DNA from: Isurus oxyrinchus
Taxonomy: Eukaryota
Assembly (NCBI GenBank): GCA_026770705.1
Contig: JANJGN010000052.1
Coordinates: forward strand, 1,302,001-1,366,000
Length of the DNA stretch: 64,000 nt
Direction of reading: 5' to 3'
Shown here: piece by piece, positions 50,801 to 60,700 of the stretch
Position numbering within the stretch: the stretch's first letter is position 1
Layout of the letters: each line of letters begins with the position of its first letter
Notes under the pieces: model-generated
Seen by the model: the letters and a program-made list of their open reading frames with translations, nothing else
The model's database searches: none
Told to the model about the DNA's origin: nothing
Translations under genes and position numbers: made by a program

Positions 50801-52471
50801 CTCTCTCTCCACCACCCCCCCCACCCCCCACACCTTAAACCAGCTTATATTTCAACTCTTTCTTGGACTCGAACTCAAGTTCTGTTGAAGGGTCATGAGG
50901 ACTCGAAACGTCAACTCTTTTCTTCTCCGCCGATGCTGCCAGACCTGGTGAGTTTTTCCAGGTAATTCTGTTTTTGTTTTACGCTGTAATTACTGCCTTC
51001 CACCAGAGGAGACACTGTTGTGCTAGAAGAAAAGAAAATGCCTTTCACATCATCAGGATGTTCACAGGGATTTGACAGTGGAGGAATTGCTTTAGAATAA
51101 TGGGGTATTGAGTGATAAACCTACAATTCTCTGTGCAGGGGGCTGCTCGTCCAATACAGGGACTTGTTCAGCTGATGTCGTCAGTGTTTCAGAGCAGAAT
51201 CTGGAGCAACACTCCAGTGCAGCACAGGGAGAACAGACAACACACACATGTCTGTGTGTGTGTGTGAGCAAGCACACGTGTGATTCTGTATGAATGTTTC
51301 TGTGTGTGAGCATGCAGGCGTGCACACCTGTGCACATGTGGGATTCAACATGAATGCTTGTTTGTGTGCGCACTTGTCTNNNNNNNNNNNNNNNNNNNNN
51401 NNNNNNNNNNNNNNNNNNNNNNNNNNNNNNNNNNNNNNNNNNNNNNNNNNNNNNNNNNNNNNNNNNNNNNNNNNNNNNNNNNNNNNNNNNNNNNNNNNNN
51501 NNNNNNNNTCACGTTCCACAGTGATGGTTATGAATCCCTCCACTGCTCCATGTTCATTCTCTGCCACACACTGATAGTCTCCAGTGTCCCTGGATGTAAC
51601 GTGAGGAATCACCAACCACAGCTCATTGTTGGAACTTGTTCTGTTCACTGGGACATTAAGATGTCGCCACATCAGGTTAGAAGCTGGGAAGCTCTCGACA
51701 GAGCACATTATCACTGCAGAATTCTCCTCAATTATATTGATCGATGAAGCATTAATCATATCAAGAGAAGTAATTGAGACATTCTGTGGTCCATCTAAAA
51801 ACATATAAAGATTTTAATGTGAGCAAGCACAGTGCACAGCAATACTCCATGCATCATGTCTCTGTATCTGATGTCTGAATGCATTTCCAGGTACCTTCTC
51901 TCAGGATAAGAACTTATTTCACATTTACAATGGTCACTGCCTATGTAAACTGTCACACTGCAGTTACATTCTCCCACCAGTGGAGGTGTCCATCTAGAAT
52001 GCAGGAAACTCCCTTTCAGATCCTCAGGATGTCCCCAAGGGCTTCAAAGGCAATGAATTGTATTTGATCAATGGAGCACTGAGGGGTAAATCTACAATTC
52101 ACTGTTAAGGAGGTTTCTCCATCCAATTCAGGGTCTTGATGATCTGGAGTTTACCTTCCTTCAACACAGAATCGGAGCTGATACTGAGACTCCAGTGCAA
52201 CACTGAGAGAGGAGAGGGTACCCACACGTTTTTGTGTGTGTATGTGTGTGTTTACTTGTGTGTGTGTATGTTTCTNNNNNNNNNNNNNNNNNNNNNNNNN
52301 NNNNNNNNNNNNNNNNNNNNNNNNNNNNNNNNNNNNNNNNNNNNNNNNNNNNNNNNNNNNNNNNNNNNNNNNNNNNNNNNNNNNNNNNNNNNNNNNNNNN
52401 NNNNNNNNNNNNNNNNNNNNNNNNNNNNNNNNNNNNNNNNNNNNNNNNNNTTTCTGCATGTCTGTATGTAT

Positions 52472-52540
<69 letters not shown>

Positions 52541-54667
52541 TGAGTGATGTTTGTAGTTTGCAGTAACTCACATTCCACAGTGATGGTTATGAACCCCTCC
52601 ACTGCTCCATGTTCATTCTCTGCCACACACTGATAGTCTCCAGTGTCCCTGGATGTAACGTGAGGAATCACCAACCACAGCTCATTGTTGGAACTTGTTC
52701 TGTTCATTGGGACATTAAGATGTCGCCACGTCAGGTTAGAAGCTGGGAAGCTCTCGACAGAGCAGATTATCACTGCAGAATTCCCCTCAATTATGTTGAT
52801 CGATGAAGCGTTAATCATATCAAGAGAAGTAATTGAGACATTCTGTGGTGGATCTAAAAACATATAAAGATTTTAATGTGAGCAAGCACAGTGCACAGCA
52901 AGACTCCATGCATCATGTCTCTGTATCTGATGCCTGAATGCGTTTCCAGGTACCTTCCCTCAGGATAAGAACTTATTTCACATTTACAACGGGCACTGCC
53001 TATGTAAACTGTCACACTGCAGTTACATTCTCCCACCAGTGGAGGTGTCCATCTAGAATGCAGGAAACTCCCTTTCAGATCCTCAGGATGTCCCCAAGGG
53101 CTTCAAAGGCAATGAATTGTATTTGACCAATGGAGCACTGAGGGGTAAATCTACAATTCACTGCTCAGGAGGTTGCTCCATCCAGTTCAGGGTCTTGATA
53201 ATTTGGAGTTTACCTTTCATCAACAAAGAATAGGAGCTGATACCGAGGCTCCAGTGCAGCACTGAGAGAGGAGAGGGAACCCACACGTTTTTGTGTGTGA
53301 ATGTGTGTGTTGGCTTGTGTGTGTGTATGTTTCTGCACAATAAGGATCTGTGTGTGTGCACGCATGCATGTGTGTTTGTGTGTGTGTGCGCACGTGTGTC
53401 TGTCTGTGCGTGTGTGTGTGTGTGTGAGTGTGTGTGTGTGTCTGAGTGTGTGCGTGTGTGTGTGAGNNNNNNNNNNNNNNNNNNNNNNNNNNNNNNNNNN
53501 NNNNNNNNNNNNNNNNNNNNNNNNNNNNNNNNNNNNNNNNNNNNNNNNNNNNNNNNNNNNNNNNNNNNNNNNNNNNNNNNNNNNNNNNNNNNNNNNNNNN
53601 NNNNNNNNNNNNNNNNNNAACTCACGTTCCACAGTGATGGTTATGAACCCCTCCACTGCTCCATGTTCATTCTCTGCCACACACTGATAGTCTCCAGTGT
53701 CCCTGGATGTAACGTGAGGAATCACCAACCACAGCTCATTGTTGGAACTTGTTCTGTTCATTGGGACATTAAGATGTCGCCACGTCAGGTTAGAAGCTGG
53801 GAAGCTCTCGACAGAGCAGATTATCACTGCAGAATTCCCCTCAATTATATTGATCGCTGAAGCATTAATCATATCAAGAGAAGTAATTGAGACATTCTGT
53901 GGTCCATCTAAAAACATATAAAGATTTTAATGTGAGCAAGCACAGTGCACAGCAATACTCCATGCATCATGTCTCTGTATCTGATGTCTGAATGCATTTC
54001 CAGGTACATTCCCTCAGGATAAGAACTGATTTCACATTTACAATGGTCACTGCCTATGTAAACTGTCACACTGCAGTTACATTCTCCCACCAGTGGAGGT
54101 GTCCATCTAGAATGCAGGAAGCTCCCTTTCAGATCCTCAGGATGTCCCCAAGGGCTTCAAAGGCAATGAATTGTATTTGACCAATGGAGCACTGAGGGGT
54201 AAAACTACAATTCTCTGTTCAAGAGGTTTCTGCATTCAATTCAGTGTCTTGATGATCTGGAGTTTACCTTCCTTCAACACAGAATCAGAGCTGATACTGA
54301 GACTCCAGTGCAGCACTGAGAGAGGAGAGGGAACCCACATGTTTTTGTGTGTGTATGTGTGTGTTGGCTTGTGTGTGTGTATGTTTCTGTAAAATAAGGA
54401 TCTGTGTGTGNNNNNNNNNNNNNNNNNNNNNNNNNNNNNNNNNNNNNNNNNNNNNNNNNNNNNNNNNNNNNNNNNNNNNNNNNNNNNNNNNNNNNNNNNN
54501 NNNNNNNNNNNNNNNNNNNNNNNNNNNNNNNNNNNNNNNNNNNNNNNNNNNNNNNNNNNNNNNNNNNNTCTGCATGTGTGTATGTATATGTGTGTGTGTG
54601 TATGTGTGTGTGTGTGTGAGTTGAGATTGTGTGTTTCTGCATGTGTGTATGTATATGTGTGTGTGTA

Positions 54668-54734
<67 letters not shown>

Positions 54735-57700
54735 CTGAGTGATGTTTGAAGTTTGCAGTAACTCACATTCCACAGTGATGGTTATGAACCCCTCCACTGC
54801 TCCATGTTCATTCTCTGCCACACACTGATAGTCTCCAGTGTCCCTGGATGTAACGTGAGGAATCACCAACCACAGTTCATTGTTGGAACTTGTTCTGTTC
54901 ATTGGGACATTAAGATGTCGCCACGTCAGGTTAGAAGCTGGGAAGCTCTCGACAGAGCAGATTATCACTGCAGAATTCCCCTCAATTATATTGATCGATG
55001 ATGCATTAATCATATCAAGAGAAGTAATTGAGAGATTCTGTGGTGCATCTAAAAACAAATAAACATCAATTAACTTACACTGACTGTGAAGCACTTTGAA
55101 AGACACTTAGAATGTGAAAGGTGTGATATCAATATAGGTTCTTTCACCACAAAGCCCATAATCCAGGCAGACACCTCAGTTCAGTACTGAGGGAGTGCTG
55201 CATTGTCGGAGGGTTAGTACTGAGGGAGTGCTGCACTGTCGAAGGGTCAGTACTGAGGTAGTGCTGCACTGTCAGTGGATCAGTACTGAGGGAGTGTTGC
55301 ACTGTCAGAGGTTCAGTACTGAGGGAGTGCTGCACTGACGAAGCGTCAGTACTGAGGGAGTGCCGCACTGTCGAAGGGTCAGTACTAAGGGAGTGCTGCA
55401 CTGTCAGTGGATCAGTACTGAGGGAGTGTTGCACTGTCAGAGGTTCAGTACTGAGAGACTGCTGCAGTGTCAGAGGTGAATTTGTATCAGTTAAAGACGA
55501 TTGATTTGTAGCTAAACACAATGAATTTGTGGGATCTTGCAGTGTACTATGTGGAGCTTTCTAGCTAATGTAGATGGAAGGGAGTCGGTACTTACCTTGC
55601 ACAGTTAGTACGAGGGTCCGCTCTGATGAAACAGATGGATATCTCACTCTGCAGCTGAGAGTGTGTCTGTGGTGTTTGAGTGATGGGATCAGGGTCAGAA
55701 CAGAAGTATAGGTCAGAGAGACACCATGCTGAGTTACAGTGTTTGAGACTGATCCAGGTACGTCAGTGGAAGTGTCCCAGGTTAAGACAGGTGCTGCTGT
55801 TCCATTGCACGTTGTGTTGAAGGTGCAGCTTACATCCACACGCTTTCCTGCAATAATTTCAGCAGGGAATATCGTGGGTTTATCTGTGAAAACTAACAGA
55901 CAGAGAATGGATCCTTTTAGAGAAATATAACGTGAAGCATCAGTTCAAATAGAAACCACAGTCCCACAAGAGAAAGCATTTTTACGAGGATGATATCAGA
56001 ACTGAGATGTTTTAACGATCCTGATAGACTGTTAGACACGATTAGAGAGATCGATGGGAGTGGAATACATTTAATCATTGATATTAAAGTGAGTATTAAA
56101 GGTTGCTTTAGGACTGAACTGGAAGTGATCACCAGGTTATTGAGAATCAGACAGTGTGTTATAATAAGCTGTGTTTTGTGTTAATATGTAAACGTCACAG
56201 TTTGTGTTATTTCCCATTGAGTGTTGGCTGTGAATTGTTGAGTAATTATAACACAGCACTTACCAGAAACGTGAAGCTGGGTTACAGGGTAATAGTTATA
56301 GCCCGGACCATTGCCAAATTCTATTCTGAAAAAGTAAGGTCCTTCATCTTCCCGTCTGATGTTGTTTATAATCAGGGAACAGTCGCCATCTTTCAGGTCT
56401 CCAGACAGCCGGGTCCGATTGTGGAACCGTGGTAACTCGTGACTGTGATCCTTGGAGTGAAAGGCAATGGGAGCCCAGGGAATCTGTTCCTCATTATTAA
56501 ACCAGACTCCACCTCGCGGTTGGTTTTCCAGACACGATGGATAACTGTAATGACATGGAATCTGTACACACGAACCTTCCTGCGCTGTCACCTCTCGTGG
56601 AGTGTCACCTTTCCACTCTTGTGAGGGTTCAGCTGGGGAGAGAAATCTCAATATTTAACTCTGGATGGTTTGTGGATCTACTGAACCCGATATTTACAGA
56701 TGTTGCTGAATTGGGGGGATGGTCAATACTGAGGAGGACTGCAACAAATTACAGGAAGATATACATTCTGATGAAGAATCATACGGACTCGAAACGTTAA
56801 CTCTGTCTTCCTCTCCACAGATACTGTCAGACCTGCTGAGATTTTCCTGCAATTTTTGTTTTAGTTACAGATTTCCAGCATCTGGAGAATTTTGCTTTTA
56901 CATTACAGAAAGATATTAATAAACTTGCAGAATGGGCAGGTCATTGACAAATGAGTTTCTGCGTTAATAAATGTGAGGCATTACATTTTGTTCAAGAAAA
57001 TGAGGAGCTTGAATCTTACCTCGAAAATAAGAATCTAATTGGGGTAGAGGAACAACGTGATCTGGGGCAGAAATACAGGAATCAGTAAACGTGGGGACAC
57101 AGGTTAACAAGGGAATTAAACATACAAACTAAACACTCGAGATTATTTCTCCAGGGATTGAATTGAAAAGTAGAGAAGTGATGTGAAACTTGTCCTGATC
57201 CTCGGTCTGACTGCACCTGGAGTCACGTGTGCAGTTCTGGCCCCCATATTGTAAAAAGGATATGGAGACACTGGAGAGGGTGGTAAAAAGCTTCACAAGG
57301 ATGATCTCCGCAATGTGAGGCTTTACCTATCAGGAGAGGATGTACAGGCTGGGTCTCTGTTCTCTTGAACAGAGAAGGTTGAAGGGTGACCTCATTTGAT
57401 CTTTGAAGTAATGAAAGGTTTTGATCGAGTAGACATGGAGAGAGTGTTTCCACTCCTCACAATGAACAAAATTAGAAGCTGACAATATAAGATCCTCACT
57501 AATAAATCCAATGGGGAATTCAGGAGAAACTTCTTTACCCAGAGAGTGGGGAGAATGTGTACTTCAAGAATCACTTCATTGGCTGTGAATCAGTTTAGGA
57601 TCGTCCTGAGGTGGTAAAAGGCGCTATGGAAATGTGAGACTTACTTTTGTATTTTGAAAGCAGGTTTTCAAGGATGAGATGGGAACTGAGAGGTAACAAC

Positions 57701-60700
57701 AATCAGCAGCAACTTTCCTATTTTCAAACTTGGTGGGGAATGTGTCACTGAGCTGAATACACTTTCACTCCCAGTCCCTTGACTTGACAACACCGGGGTG
57801 TGGGTGATGGAGCAGTCCACAGCTCATGGAACCCTGGCTCATCGTTCTCTCAGAGATCTGGGTCACTGATCCCATTGCTCTCTGTGGGAGCTTCCTGTGT
57901 ACAAACTCACTGCCACGTTAGACAGTGACTATACTTCAAGAATTTCTTCATTGTCTGTGAAATGATTTGGTACGTGCTGAGGTGATGAAAGACGCTATAG
58001 GAATGCAAGTCTTTACTTTGTCGATTTGTCAGACTTTTAAACAGGATTAGAGAGACTGATGGGAGTGGATAGCCTGATAGCATTGATGGACACAGTCAAT
58101 ACATTTAATCATTGATATTAAAGTGATTATTAGAGGTTGCTTTAAGACTGAACTGGAAGCAATCACCAGGTTATTGAGAATCAGACAGTGTGTAAAAATA
58201 AGCTGTGTTTTGTGTTAATATGTAAACGTCACAGTTTGTGTTATTTCCCATTGAGTGTTGGATGTGAATTGTTGAGTAATTATAACACAGCACTTACCAG
58301 AAACTTGAAGCTGGGTTACAGGGTAATAGTTATGGCTCGGACCATTGTCAAATTCTATTCTGAAAAAATAAGGTCCTGCATCTTCCCGTCTGATGTTGTT
58401 TATAATCAGTGAACAGTCGCCATCTTTCAGGTCTCCAGACAGCCGGGTCCGATGGCGGAACCGTGGTAACTCGTGACTGTGATCCTTGGAGTGAAAGGCA
58501 ATGGGAGCCCAGGGAATCTGTTTCTCATTATTAAACCAGACTCCACCTCGCGGTTGGTTTTCCAAATGTGATGGATAACTGTAATGACATGGAATCTGTA
58601 CACACGAACTTTCATGAGCTGTCACCTCTCGTGGAATGTCACCTTTCCACTCTTGTGACAGTCCAACTGGGGAGAGAAATATCAATATTTAACTCTGGAT
58701 CTTTTTTCGATCCACTAGACTTGATATCCACCCCCTCCATCACTAGGGCACAGTGGCTGCAGTGTGGACCATCTACAGGACACACAAGGAACTCCCCAAG
58801 GTTTCACAATGGATGGAAGAGAATCCTGGACACAGGAGTGGACAAGTTCATTCTACATTGGCTCATGGTCCTCAGGACCCTGTTTAGTTTTTTCAAATTA
58901 TTCATTCATAGCATTTATTACCCATCCCATGTCTATCAGAGGTATTTAAGATTCAACCAAATTGCTGTGGGTTTGGAGTGACATGTCGGCCAGACTGGGT
59001 AAGGGTGTCAGATCTCCTTCCCTATACCAGGCTTTTTAATCCCATTCATCTGCTGTGATGGGATTTACACCCAGGGCCCCAGAGCATCACCCTGGGCCCC
59101 TGGAATACTAGCCCAGTGACAATACCTCTCTGCTACCGCTTCCCCTTAGTGAAGCCAGTCTTCCACCCAACACAGTGTCTACAAGACCCACCAATTGAGA
59201 TCCATTCAGTGCTGATTTACAAGACAGGACAATGGATTAGGAGCCCTCAGAACTCCCCCCATTATCACCGTCATGAATCACTAATTAGCCTAACATTCCT
59301 GTCTGCTCTTCAACACAGCTGATTGGCTAATCTGATTCAATCTGATTGGTGTTCATTCCCTCTTCAATGTTTAAGGAATCACCAATCACTCGGCCTCTAG
59401 TTATTCTCTTGCCCACAAGAGGGAACATTCTCTATCTACCCAGTCAATCAAAACCTTTTATCTAAACCTAATGGTGCTTGAGTATATAGTCGGGAATCCA
59501 GGGCAATGGAGCCTCAGGAGAAGAGATGGAAACCCTGTGAGGTGGAACGTCACTGAGGCCATCCGAGTTGAAGCGACTTTTGGAGAGAATTCCAAGGCAA
59601 GATCTTCGAAGTTGAAGATTGGAATCCCTCATGAGAGAAACAGAGTTTCAGTGAGATTGGTTGACTGACAGTGTTCACTGATGTCCGGGTGGGTTGTTGT
59701 GAAATCCATGGGCTCTATCTTGGTCGCGTTTACGATTTAATGAGTAGTACGGCTGTGAGACCACAGTTTGCCTGTTAATTCACATGAGCTCATATTAATC
59801 CAGAATGTTAGGGTATAAGGTGGATATTGTGAATTATTTTATCTTTCTGACCTGGTGCAGTAAAGTTTATTTTTGTTTGTTTAAAAGCCATGGAAACTCT
59901 GTTTCTCTCATGAGGGATTCCAATCTTCAACTTCGTACATCCTGCCTTGGAATTCTCTCCAAAAGTCGCTTCAACTCGGATGGCCTCAGTGACGTTCCAC
60001 TCACAGGAATCTTGTAGCTTTATTCTCTTCGCAGGCGTCTTAAATCTCAAACCTCGTCTACTTGAAACAAAATATTATTGGTTCCTAACTGTAAATTACG
60101 AAAAAAAATTGGTTTCTGTTCCTCCATCAGCAACTCTTCAGAATCCTGCTGAAGTCACGGATATTTCAGAAGGACAGGGAACAAGAGGTTTCTGGTATCA
60201 GCGTTTTGTGTGGGGCCCAGTTCAGTTTGAACAAATAAACAACACCATCTTTGAAAGTCATGAACCCACCGCAGCGGCACCTCCGACACATGCAGAGCTC
60301 AGGCGAGAGGCGCTTTGTTAGTGTGTTTCACAGGGTCTGCTGGAGTAGGGTCAGTGCTGAGAGGGTCTGCTCAAGGATCATAACAACCTGCACTTGCACC
60401 TTCCAAGTAATAAGATTTTGTAAATGTATTCATTCATGGGATGTGGGCGTCGCTGCCAAGGCCAGCATTTGCTGCCCATCTCTAATGTCCCGTGACATAA
60501 TCTCTGTAGCAGAGTAGAGACAATCATGATCACTCAGGATATTTGACATCTATCCACATGAGCAGCTTTGCCTTCCTTCTCTCTTTCAGTTATCTTACTC
60601 CCTTATTGAAGTTTCTAGCATGGTGAGAACTGGATGGTTTGCTCGGACATTTCAGAGGAACCACGTTGCTATGAGTCTGGAGTCACATGTAGGCCAGACC

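Noticed and set aside
44814-55062. Recurrent plus-strand ORFs ([10 protein letters not shown]..., [10 protein letters not shown]...)
   Set aside because: Antisense shadows of the repeated C2 exons, with no independent splice or start evidence.
5489-58666. V exons as rearranging Ig/TCR/IgNAR V segments
   Set aside because: Each ends in a GT splice donor and encodes its own G strand. No CACAGTG-spacer-ACAAAAACC signal abuts the coding ends, and the cysteine pattern is Siglec-type (B-E) rather than B-F.
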